Shown here: positions 23,689 to 34,998 of the stretch, piece after piece | Position numbering within the stretch: position 1 is the stretch's first letter | How the letters are laid out: each line of letters starts with the position of its first letter | Notes under the pieces: generated by a model | Databases searched by the model: none | The model's input: only the letters and a program-made list of their open reading frames with translations | What the model was told of the DNA's origin: nothing | Source of the DNA: Leucoraja erinacea | Lineage: Eukaryota | Direction: 5' to 3' | DNA: 64,000 bases | Assembly (NCBI RefSeq): GCF_028641065.1 | Contig: NC_073409.1 | Span: 12,276,001 to 12,340,000, forward strand | Made by a program: the position numbers and the translations under genes

Positions 23689-25263
23689 TAGAAGTCCCTT
23701 CAATTCTAGAATATGTTTTTAATTGAACAGTGCCCGAAAATGGAGACATGAGACTGTGGATGCTAGAATTTTGAGCTAACAACAAACTGGTCAGGCAGCA
23801 TCTGTGGAGAAAAATGGACAGACAACGTTTTGGGTTAGGATCCCTCTTCAGACTGATGGACGAGAGAGGAGATAGAAGAAACCCCATTTTTCTTCTCCAC
23901 ACCCTCCCCACCCCTTAACCTCTCCATTTCCTTCCACCCACCATCCCTCCCTCTGATTCTACAATTCACTCCCCCTTTCTTATTCGATTCCACCATTTGC
24001 ACCCTTTTGTCTCGTCCCCTTCATCTCAAGGCTTGGCTACTGCAATCAACTCCTCATCTGGATCCACTTATCACTTTTTAGTTTTACTCCATCCATCCCC
24101 CTCAACTCTTTCGACCAGCTATCTTCCCTCTTCACCATCATCCTTAATCTTTTTCCATTTGATCTTTGTTATACTAATTCTTAAAGACCACTTGGAGATG
24201 TGTAGGAAGGAACTGCAGATTCTGGTTTACACTGAAGATAGACACAAAATGCTGGAGTAACTCAGCGGGACATGCAGCATCTCTGGAGAAAAAGTATAGG
24301 TGGCATTTTGGGTCGAGACCGTTCTTGAAGAAGGGTCTCGAATTGAAATGTCACCTATTCCTTTTCATAGAAATAGAAAAATAGGTACAGGAGTAGGCCA
24401 TTTGGCCATTCGAGCCAGCACTGCCATTCAATATGATCATGGTTGATCATCTAAAATCAATATCCCGTTCCTGCTTTTTCCCCATATTCCTTGATTCCTT
24501 TAGCCCTAAAAGCTAAATCTAACATTGTGCAGACATTTTATCCCGAGATTGCCTGTCCCGTTGAATTACTACATCATTTTGTGTCTTATCTTTTTTGTTT
24601 TAGGAAGAGTTGGTTTTCCAACAAAAATATAGATTGGGGAGGTACAGACAAGATTATTTTGTTGCAATGCTGCACATCTTTGTAAAAAGTGTGAAATATA
24701 GAAAATAAATACAAATATGTTCATGATATTAAAAGTGTGCTTTTCACAATCAATACATTTTAAAGTAAATGAGAATTGGTGGGTATCTAAGGTGTCTTAT
24801 AGAGTTGGCAAGAATGGGAATTTTACATTGTGCAGAAAATTAGAGAATTATTTAAATGAATACACGTGAAATATTATTTGAAACGGCTAAAAAACAGAGT
24901 ATCTGAAAATGATTAGATTATACAGTATTCATCTCATTTTGAAAGTGATGAGGATGCATAGGGATGAAAAGGAGGAGAGGCATACGCAGTGAAGGAAGAA
25001 GAGAGAATGGGGAAGGTCATTATCCTTGGTTTCTGTTTGCTTTGATTTAAAAATTGAGATAATGAGCTGAATGAAGGGTTAATGTTTGTAATGCACTAAA
25101 ATTAGAGGGTTTTGATAGATAATGGAAATCAATAGCATACTTTGGAGTTGGAGGATTTAATATATACATTTTTATTGTACATTTATTTTCTTTGGTGATA
25201 GTATCTTTTGTCTTTACAAAAAAAAAATATTATATTACTTTCCCTTGGTTTCTCTTACAACAG

Positions 25264-25359
25264 GTCCTGTTCTAGATACTACAAGGACAATCCACTAGAT
25301 GAACAACATGTTTTCCAGTTACCAATCAATCCCAGCGCCATTAAAGCTTTCCATGAAAA
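25264..25359 (+). CDS. ZWILCH: ZWILCH exon 16 ([31 protein letters not shown])
   Basis: caacag| ... AA|gtaagg; 96 nt. Confidence 0.93.
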
Positions 25360-25384
25360 GTAAGGCAAAAATGAAACGTGTCTG

Positions 25385-26430
25385 CTGTTAGTTTAGTTTA
25401 GTTTTTTGCCACGGTACAGTGAAAAGCTTTTTTGTTGCGTGCTATCCAGTCAGCTTAAAGACTGTATATGATTACCATCAAGCCATCTCCAATGTACAGA
25501 TGCAGGATAAAGAGAACAATGTTTAGTGCGAGGTAAACTTCAGTAAAGTCTGATTAAAGATAGTCTGAGGGTCTCCAATTAGGTAGATGATACTAGGTCA
25601 GGACTGCTCTCTAGTTATGATAGGATGGTTCAGTTGCCTGATAGCAGCTGGGAAGAAACTGTCCCTGAATCTGGAGGTATGTTTTCACACCTGTACCTCA
25701 TGCCTGATGAGAGAGGGGAGAAGAGGGAATGACTGGTGTGACTAGTCCTTGATTATGCTGGTGTAGATGGAGTCAATGGAAGAAGGGAGGTTGGTTCGTG
25801 TGATGGTCTGGGCTGCGTCCACAATTCTCTGCAATTTTTTTGCAGTGTTGGATGGAGCTGTACGCAAACTATACTGTGATGCATCCCGATAAAAATACTT
25901 TATACGGCGCATCTGTAGAAGTTGGGGTTAGAGTTGTTGGGGATATGCCAAACTTCCCAGCCCCTTTGGTGATATTTACTCCTAGGAACTTGAAGCTTTC
26001 AACCATCTCTACTTTGGTGGCATCCATGTATATTGGGGTATGTGTTTACTGAAATGAATCACAATCTCCTTTGTCTTGCTGACATTAAGGGAAAGGTTAT
26101 TGTCTTGGCACCAGGTTACGAGTTTCTCAATCTCCCTCCCGTACTGTGTCTCGTCATTATTTGATATTCGGCCCACTATGGTGGTGTCATCATTGTAAAT
26201 TGAGTTGTATTTTTATTTGGCTGCACAGTCGTGGGTGTGTAAGGGAGAGAGTGAGAACGCATCCTTGAAGGGCACCAGTGTTGAGGATTATTGTAGAGGA
26301 TGACTTTTCATGTATCCTCACCGATTGTGGTCTGTTGGTCAAGAAGTCGAGGATCCAGTTCCTGAGGTGAATGCTGACTCTTAAGTTCCACGACTTTGGA
26401 GATGAGCTTGGATGGTATAATGGTATTGAA
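25385..26430 (-). mobile_element. Rex1/Babar-type LINE, internally deleted 3' part
   Basis: Minus-strand RT remnants and (AAACT)n tail; a related tail occurs on + at ~57350-57490. Confidence 0.7.
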
Positions 26431-27951
26431 TGTCAGAACAATATCTTTGATCAAAATGCCCAAATAGGTATTTGCAGTATAATTTATGTTCGAAAATGCT
26501 GTTCATTTATATATTTATTGTGTTTACTTTCTTGAAGGAGAATGGACAAAATCATAATCCTTATAGTCCTGTGTGAGGAAAAGTAAGGAGGTAGCATTCG
26601 CTGTGGCTGGCTAGCAGCAAACGGAGTAAACATTCATTGTTTTTTTGTGAAAAAGATGCAATGTGTGATATGCCACAGGGAACAGTGCTGAGGTCTTTTC
26701 TTTTAATGAGCTATATCAAAATGTTGATAGTCAGCATAGATATAGCTGGTATATTTGGTTGGGATGGGTAGGAAAATAAATTGTGAAGGGGAATAAGAAG
26801 GCTACAAATGGATATCGATAGATGAAGTGCATAAGATGTCAAAGAACGTAAACTCAAAATATTTAACATTGTCCACTTTTTAACATTGTATTCCTTTAAG
26901 ATACAATCTAATTAGACATATTTATTAAATGGCTTAAATCTGCTTGTAATTTGTATTTGTGTTTGAGAGAACTTGCATTTGCATAGTGGCTCGGCTGTGA
27001 GAAAACGTTTAACTGAAAAAATTGAATGTGGAGTAGGTGGGGATTATGGGAAATATTTAAAGATAAGGTGAATGTTTTTGTTTAACAAAAAAGAGTTAAA
27101 GGGCAGGGAGGTAGAGGGAGAATATGTAAACTCCGCTCAGGCAGTATCCATAGTCGGGATAGTACTGGGTCTCTGGTGCTTTGAGGTAGTGGCTCTACCA
27201 GCTGCTCAATTGTGCCACTCTAATGGAGTCTCTTTTTGTATAAAAAAAACAATCCAACAGCTTACAGCCCAGTGGTATGAATATTGATTTATTTCACTTC
27301 AGGTAGCCCCGGCATTCCCTCCCTCTCTCTATCTCTCCCTCACCGGTCGCACTGGCTTCTCATTTTCCATCCTACAAACAGCTACCAATGGCCAATTTCC
27401 TTTATCATCATTACTTTTTTGCATATCTTTCATTCATAGTTCTTTATCTCTCCACATCACTGCCTATGTCTCTCGTTTCCCATATCCCTAACATGTCTGA
27501 AGAAGGGTCTCGATACGAAACTTCACCTATTCCTACTCTCCAGAGATGCTGCCTGTCCCGCTGGGTTACTCCAGCTTTTTGTGTCTATCTTTGTGTTAAT
27601 CCAATATACTTTTTGCCCCTCCCCTAATTTATGGTTTAATTTAAAGTTTATTATACTGTGGACTCTCTAGTTATCTTTTGTGCCTTTCGTCATTGGTACT
27701 TTTGAGTGATTAAGAAAAATCATACTCCTAGTGCAACCAGGATATTCGGCCTTCAAACATAAGATGATTTAAGATTCAACTGATGACTCCGCCTGTAGAA
27801 ACATGCATGATGCTCAATGCTTCTGGCAAACTGATCTGGCTACTTGTCAAAGACTGAATAGAGTTGATGCTTTGGAGAAAATAGTAATAAAACACAATGT
27901 TCTTTGTATTTGTAACTGATTTCCTTATAATTCTGGCTTCTTGTATTCCAG

Positions 27952-28070
27952 TGAAAATCCCATCATGTGGAGAATTGAGATTATTAGTAGTCAAGGGCAA
28001 AAAGAATTAAAGACGATATGGCAGGTGAACACCAAGCCACCTGTGGATCATATTACATTTACTACTCCAG
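27952..28070 (+). CDS. ZWILCH: ZWILCH exon 17 (ENPIMWRIEIISSQGQKELKTIWQVNTKPPVDHITFTTP)
   Basis: ttccag| ... G|gtattt; 119 nt. Confidence 0.92.
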
Positions 28071-28289
28071 GTATTTCTTTTTATGCATTCAAACTTCATC
28101 TGCCATTTCTCTGCCCATTTCTGTAGCTGATATATATCCCCCTGTATATTTTGACAGCCTTCCTCACAGTCTGTAACTCCAGCAATTTTGGTGTCACAGT
28201 GATGAGCTTTGTGATGGTATGAGAGTCTGTGGCCTAATTGTGAGTGGGTTCATAGTGCAGGGATAGGTACGAGGAGGTGTCTGAGAGTT

Positions 28290-30830
28290 TCCAGCTCCCC
28301 TCTCCTTTACTCTCTCTACACCAACGACTGCACCTCCACAGACACCTCTGTCAAGCTTCTCAAGTTTGCTGATGACACAACCCTGATTGGACTGATCCAG
28401 GATGGGGAGCAATCTGTCTACAGACAGGAAGTGACACAGCTGGTGTCCTGGTGCCATTGCAACAACCTGGAGCTCAATGCTCTTAAGGCAGTGGAATTCA
28501 TTGTAGATTTTAGGAGAGCTCCCCCTCCTCTCCCCCCACTCACCAACTCAACAACACCACAGTCATATCTATGGAGTCATTTTAGTTCCTCGAAACCATC
28601 ATCTCCAGGGACCTAAAATTGGAGGCCACCATCGACTCCACAGTCAAAAGGCCCAACAAAGGATATATTTCCTGCGGCAGCTGAGAAAACAATCTGTCAC
28701 TGGCAATGATGGTCCAGTTGTATATTATAGCGTCTGTCCTCATCTTCTCCATCATGGTCTGGTTTGGCTCAGCCACCAAGCATGACATCTGGAGGCTGCA
28801 GCGCATCATTCGATCAGCCGAGAAGGTTGTTGGCTGCAACCTTCTCCCCCATTCGACGAACTGTACACTGCAAGAGCCAGGAAGCGAGTGGGTAAGATCA
28901 TCTCTGACCCTTCTCACCCTGCCCACAAACTCTTTGAATCACTTCCCTCTGGGAGGTGACTCCGGACTATCGAAGCTGCCACAGCCAGACATAAAAACAG
29001 CTTTTTTTCCACGAGCAGTAGCTCAACTCAACTGCCAAAAGTCTGTAGACACCTTTTGCTCGGATATTTTATTTCATTCTTTAGATGTTTAAATTATAAT
29101 GTTTTATTTTTAATTGGGTACTGTATATCGTGTTGTTATCCTTGCGAGCAAAGCACCAAGGCAAACTCCTTGTATGTACAGCGGATTGCAAAAGTTTTCA
29201 TACCCCTTGAACTTTTCCACATTTTGTCACGTTACAACCACAAACGTAAATATATTTTATTGGGATTTTATGTGATAGACCAACACAAAGTGGTGCATAA
29301 TTGTGAAGTGGAAGGAAAATGAGACATGGTTTTCAAATTTTTTTACAAATTAAAAAACTGAAAAGTGTGGTGTGCAAAAGTATTCAGCCCCCCTGAGTCA
29401 ATACTTTGTAGAACCACCTTTCGCTGCAATTACAGCTGCAAGTCTTTTGGGGTATGTCTCTACCAGCTTTGCACATCTAGAGACTAACATTTTTGCCCAT
29501 TTTTCTTTGCAAAATAGCTCAAGCTCAGTCAGATTGGATGGAGAGCGTCTGTGAACAGCAATTTTCAAGTCTTGCCAGAGATTCTCAATTGGATTTAGGT
29601 CTGGACTTTGGGCCATTCTAACACACGAATATGCTTTGATCTAAACCATTCTATTGTAGCTCTGGCTGTATGTTTAGGGTTGTTGTCCTGCTGGAAGGTG
29701 AACTTCCGCCCCAGTCTCAAGTCTTTTGCAGACTCTCAGGTTTTCTTCCAAGTTTGCCCTGTATTTGGCTCCATCCATCTTCCCATCAACTCTGACCAGC
29801 TTCCCTGCCCCTGCTGAAGAAAAGCATCCCCACAGCATGATGCTGCCACCACCATGTTTCACAGTGGGGATGGTGTGTTCAAGGTGATGTGCAGTGTTAG
29901 TTTTCCGCCACACATAGCGTTTTGCATTTAGGCCAAAACCTTCAATTTTGGTCTCATCTGACCAGAGCACCCTCCTCCACATGTTTGCTGTGTTCCCCAC
30001 ATGGCTTGTGGCAAACTGCAAACGGGACTTCTTATGGCTTTTTTTCAACAATGGCTTTCTTCTTGCCACTCTTCCATAAAGGCCCGATTTGTGGAGTGCA
30101 CGACTAATAGTTGTCCTGTGGACAGATTCTCCCATCTGAGCTGTGGATCTCTACAGCTCCTCCAGAGTTACCATGGGCCTCTTGGCTGCTTCTCTGATCA
30201 ATGCTCTCCTTGCCCGGCCTGTCAGTTTAGGTGGACGGCCATGTCTTGGTAGGTTTGCAGTTGTGCCATACTCTTTCCATTTTCGGATGATGGATTGAAT
30301 AGTGCTCCGTGAGATGTTCAAAGCTTGGGATATTTTTTTTATAACCTAACCCTGCTTTAAACTTCTCCACAACTTTATCCCTGACCTGTCTGGTGTGTTC
30401 CTTGGGCTTCATGATGCTGTTTGTTCACTAATGTTCTCTAACAAACATCTGAGGCCTTCACAGAACGGCTGTATTTATACTGAGATTAGATTACACACAA
30501 GTGGACTCTATTTACTAATTAGGTGACTTCTGAAGGCAATTGGTTGCACTGGGTTTTTTTTAGGGGTATCAGAGTAAAGGGTGCTGAATACTTTTGCACG
30601 CCACACTTTTCAGTTTTTTTATTTGTAAAAAAAAATTTGAAAACCATGTATCATTTTCCTTCCACTTCACAATTATGCACCACTTGTGTTGGTCTTTCAC
30701 ATCAAATCCCAATAAAATACATTTACGTTTGTGGTTGTAACGTGACAAAATGTGGAAAAGTTCAAGGGGTATGAAAACCTTTGCAAGCCACTGTATACAT
30801 ACTTGGCTAATAACATTTATTCAATTCAAT
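28290..30830 (+). mobile_element. Rex1/Babar-type LINE 3' fragment, split by the Tc1 element
   Basis: LYTNDCTSTD..VKLLKFADDTTLIGLI...WCHCNNLELNALK..VDFRR. The 3' UTR stops at 29178 and resumes at 30794 (TAtacatacttggctaat...ttcaattcaat). Confidence 0.85.
29179..30793 (-). mobile_element. Full-length Tc1-family DNA transposon (Passport-like, long TIRs), transposase frameshifted
   Basis: TA target duplication (29177-78 / 30794-95); ~200-bp inverted termini; transposase from ATG 30412 to stop at 29398, split over several ORFs; catalytic motifs [14 protein letters not shown] and [11 protein letters not shown] present. Confidence 0.96.
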
Positions 30831-31481
30831 CTGCAAGGTAGAGATCAGATTGCCAGACCACGGAGGCAATGTCCTTGTTTGCAGGGTTTGAAGATGAGAT
30901 TGAGATAGAAAGCATTCGGCGGGTATGAGGTTGGAGGAGACAAGGGGAAAATGTCAGTGAATCTCCAGATCATTATTTACTGGCTGCCAAGTCAGTCTGT
31001 TGGCAGGGCTGCATTGTATGGTACAGATTCAAATATAGGACCACTCAGTTAGCTGTTAATTTCCTTGAATCCTTCAGGCCTATTTGTAACCTTTTCTAAT
31101 CAAAAATATTTTCCCATCTATTAGATAAATTTGTTTTAGTTAACAATATGCTTCTATCTCACTGAGTTAATGTATAAATTGCTATGTAGTTTAGGAAACG
31201 TACAGCTGTGGCCTATGTTTTAGTCAGTTTAGATTACACTTTAAAGGGGTTCCTATTTGAGAGCTTTAAATGTTACTGTTTAAAATATGCTTTATTTTTA
31301 AAATGTATTACATGACACAAATGTTTATGGTCAATTTCTGTACTGTTGCATTATACTTTATCAAAGCACATTTGAAAATGAGTGGTCATTTAACCTTCTT
31401 ATGGCCTAAGAAAATTGATACACTGGTTTTAAATGAGTTAAAAATATACACAGCTAATTTGGTTTCCCTTTTGTTTTGAAG

Positions 31482-31576
31482 ATCTGCAAACTGATGACGC
31501 AACTCTGAGTAGCAATTGTGAGGAAGCATTTTATTACAATACAGTGATTAACTGCAGTCAAGCACATTTCAGCTAA
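31482..31576 (+). CDS. ZWILCH: ZWILCH exon 18, last coding exon (DLQTDDATLSSNCEEAFYYNTVINCSQAHFS*)
   Basis: ttttgaag|; C-terminal CSQxHF motif; TAA at 31574-31576. Confidence 0.9.
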
Positions 31577-33150
31577 AACATTGTAGGGAAAAGGTAAATC
31601 TAACAGTATAATTTTTTTCCAAACATTGTACCTTTCTATTCCGCATGGAGAGTTAATCATTCTACTACAGGCACTTGCTGCAGCTTGAACATAATCCCCT
31701 CAAGATTTTCTCCAGTACTACCTAGCAACCAGGATAATGTATGTGGCTAGAAGAGCAAAACATTAAAGATGATGCAAATCTAAAATAAAATCAAAAATGC
31801 TGGAGATACTCAGCGGGCAGCATTTTGTAGAAAATAAACAAAATTAACTGTTCAGGTCATCCTACTATTAGAACGCAGTTTACTAAATTGCCACAATTAC
31901 TGAATATGATTTCATAAAGATGAATAACTGGTACACAAATAGATAATTTCAAATGTATTATAGAGTTGCACAGCATGCAAAGAGGCCCTATGGCCCAACC
32001 CATCCATGCGGACTAGGGTGCCCCATCTAAGCTTGTTCTAGTTGCCTGTGTTTAGCCCATATCTCTCTAAACCTCTTATTCATTTACCTGTCCAAATGTT
32101 TTGATATCGTATGTGTCTTAACTACTTAATTAGGTCGCATATACCATATGTGTTGCACCCTCTTTGTGGAAAGAGTTGCTCCTCGGGTTCCTATTATATC
32201 TTTAACCAATGCCCTCTAGTTTGGGATTATGAGTGACAAAACTTAATATGAACTCCTGAACCTGACTGAGCTTTTAATTTTGTGTAGTAGAATTAAAAAT
32301 ACCGTAGAATTGGTTTTGATGCCCATTTTACAAGTTTAGAATAATAGCTTTAAGATTCCATCTTTCAGTGGAAATTTTATTTGGACAAACCCTTTGACAA
32401 CTGTTATGTTTTGTCAGCAATACTTTACAAAAGATCAATTAATAATATTTGTTTACAGAGATAATATACCATTGAGTATATGTTATATGGACAGGGGAAA
32501 TTGTGTGTCAATGGTTAGTGATTCACGTGTAAAAATTATATGGTCAATTTACCTTTTGACTCATTTTTTTAAACTATATTTTAATCTAGACCAAGTTGTT
32601 ATGGTCTTCATTATGACATACTGAAGAACTGGCTGATTTATTCAACGTGGCACTTTTCATTAGCACACAGTAATATTGTTTTCACTATACTTTATTGAAC
32701 ATTGCATCTTGCAACTTTTAAAGTTGGTTGCCAAAGTCAAAATTGTTCTTCTGCAGGAACTGGTACTGAATCTTTAAGAAGAGACATAGGTTGTAGTATT
32801 TATTATCTTTTATCTGTACTGAATCATTAATATGGGTTTGCATAGCACACAGTGCCCAGTAGGGAAGGAACAATTGGAAGAAAAATCCAGTTATCCTGTT
32901 GTTACCTCAGTCATGGAATATTAATTGCAGGTTTGGATGATGGTTTTGTTTCAAAAACAGTTTTACTATCCCAAGATTTACTATCTCATTCACTGGCAAT
33001 AAAACAAGTAGTATCTTTGGACTTGATACTAATGAAGTATCAAATCATTTTTTGTTAACTTTTTTCTATTTGAACAAACTTGCTGGAGAAGTAGAAGTTG
33101 GTTAGCCATCCATGTTTGTTCTTGTATACCGCAACAACAATCTTCGTTTC

Positions 33151-33263
33151 TCATTTTCTCCGAAGTAGGAACATCAGTAAAATAGCACTCAGGAGTATAC
33201 ATAGGGTGCACACGGTTGGAACTACAATCTCAGTCACCATCTCCATATGATTGATGAGAGGAT
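33151..33263 (-). CDS. LCTL: LCTL exon 13, last coding exon (DPLINHMEMVTEIVVPTVCTLCILLSAILLMFLLRRK*), TM anchor
   Basis: tttgacttag|; TGA at 33151-33153; minus-strand AATAAA candidates at 32799-32804, 32691-32696 and 32637-32642. Confidence 0.94.
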
Positions 33264-34924
33264 CTAAGTCAAAACAAAAAGACATGATGCAAATAATCCT
33301 TTAATTATTTGAGAAATAATTTGTTTGCACTATATCAAGTGAATTTATTTAATATGTGATAAAATTATTTTATCATGTGCCCATTCTTTAAATTTAAATA
33401 AAAACTAAAACATCTGTTACTGAGAATATTGACTGCAGTGTTATTGCTCAGCTAGTTTTTATGCAAGATCTCATAACTGAAGCATTAAATTCCTTTGAAG
33501 CACAAACTACAGATAGAGATACAACCTTGATAGGTTTACAGATTAGAAGTTTGAGCTTTTCCAGTAGTAATGTCATAGGAATATAGAAATTATATCTTGA
33601 AACCACTCAAAAGTATCTTTGATTATTTTCCTTTTAATGTATTTGGATTGTGCGTGTAAATTTCAGCAGAACATGAGAGGTACTGAGCTAATAACCTATT
33701 TGAATTAAAGCATCCTAAGCATGTTCCTTGCCATTTCTAATTCTCTGACTCGGGTCCATGTAACCAAATATCTTTGAGTCAATCATTTAAAGAGGTCAGC
33801 TACTCTCACATGTCTTCATTGCCTATTTTCTGGTTTTTTTCCTTGTCTAATCCTTGTTCCCCTTTTCAAGACCCGTACATGCTTTCTCAATTGCTCCCCA
33901 CTGAGCTTATTTATATCTTGCTGCCATGGGCGCCTGGACCCAGTTTATAGCCACCATCTGTTCTTTCTTTAAAAAAAAGCGACTCCCAGATTACGGCTCT
34001 GTTGCTTCATCAAGAACAACAAACCCAAGTCTTTCTATCATGGACATTTTAATCTTCTAATGGCACCCTCCTTGTCAGTCTTGTGGGTTTACTTTTCTCC
34101 TCTCCTGCATCTCCAACCAGGGTCTATACAACCTCATGTAATTCTCTGCCCATCATATTTATTCATTTTGTATGTGTTTATTGAAGTTTTTAGGGCTTGG
34201 AAGTAAATCTGGTCGGCTTCACTGTTTGTACAATATATAGCCCTTTCTGAAAACTTTATTCTAGCTGTATTTTTGGCACCTGTAGATTTGCTTTTCCGAC
34301 TCTACCCAGCAAGTTTTTCAGCTTTTTTCACTTTGCAGGTGGTGCTTTTGTGGTACTGAATCTGGTGTTGTCTGTATGGAGTTTACATGTACATCCCAAA
34401 GACATACCAGTAGGTTAATTGGCTCCTTTAAATTTCTCTTGTGTAGATTTAAGAGAAACAGAGGGAATTAGGGGGAGGGGAAGGGCGGATGATAATGGAC
34501 CTGTGAGAGAAAATATGAAGCAGGGAAATAAGTTTTTTGGGGAAGAATGGGTTTGCTTTGAGATGTGGCACAGATAAAATGTGCCAACTGGCTCCTGCTG
34601 TTATAATCCAGCAACCCAAGAATTTGAAAGTTGTCTGATATTGTGATTTTATAAACCAAACAACTCAACTAGCAGAAAACAAATCATTTTAGTTTAAAAC
34701 AATATAATATTTTAAATGGGAAAGCATTAAAATCAAAATGCCCAACTTTTCAAAATAATTACTCAACGTGATTATTTTAGAGAAATTGTAAATACGAAAG
34801 GACAAAGTAATCTCAACCTATTTTAGCCATGATTTGTAACCTAAAAGGCTAATGTGCACATCTTTCTTTGTTGCTTTCAAGACTTGATCTTGGCACTAAA
34901 AAAATGACATCAAGCCCTTTATAC

Positions 34925-34998
34925 CTAAACTTCATCATGCACTGGCCAAACTGTTGGCAAATGTGCCTGCTTCTCATTTGTTCCGTCTGTTCTTCCAG
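34925..34998 (-). CDS. LCTL: Candidate LCTL alternative cassette exon 12b (AGRTDGTNEKQAHLPTVWPVHDEV*), soluble isoform
   Basis: Two CTAAT branch-like motifs, polypyrimidine tract ttcttttctgtttgcgcttttcag|, phase matches exon 12, 24 open codons, then TAG|gtataa. Confidence 0.72.

Larger units (their letters stand above)
938..31576 (+). other. ZWILCH: ZWILCH gene model (kinetochore RZZ subunit), 18 coding exons, 1803-nt CDS, 600 aa
   Basis: All exons have GT-AG boundaries with compatible phases and join into one ORF. Motifs [46 protein letters not shown] match vertebrate Zwilch. Confidence 0.95.

Noticed and set aside
32852-33058. ttgcag|GTTTGGATGAT.. considered as the last ZWILCH coding exon
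   Set aside because: The exon at 31482-31576 already supplies the conserved CSQxHF C-terminus and stop; this ORF has no Zwilch similarity.
33410-33455. Minus-strand peptide SNNTAVNILSN, vaguely like an extra LCTL segment I recall from teleosts
   Set aside because: No in-phase acceptor/donor pair; nearby AGs lead to stops; the recollection is unverified.
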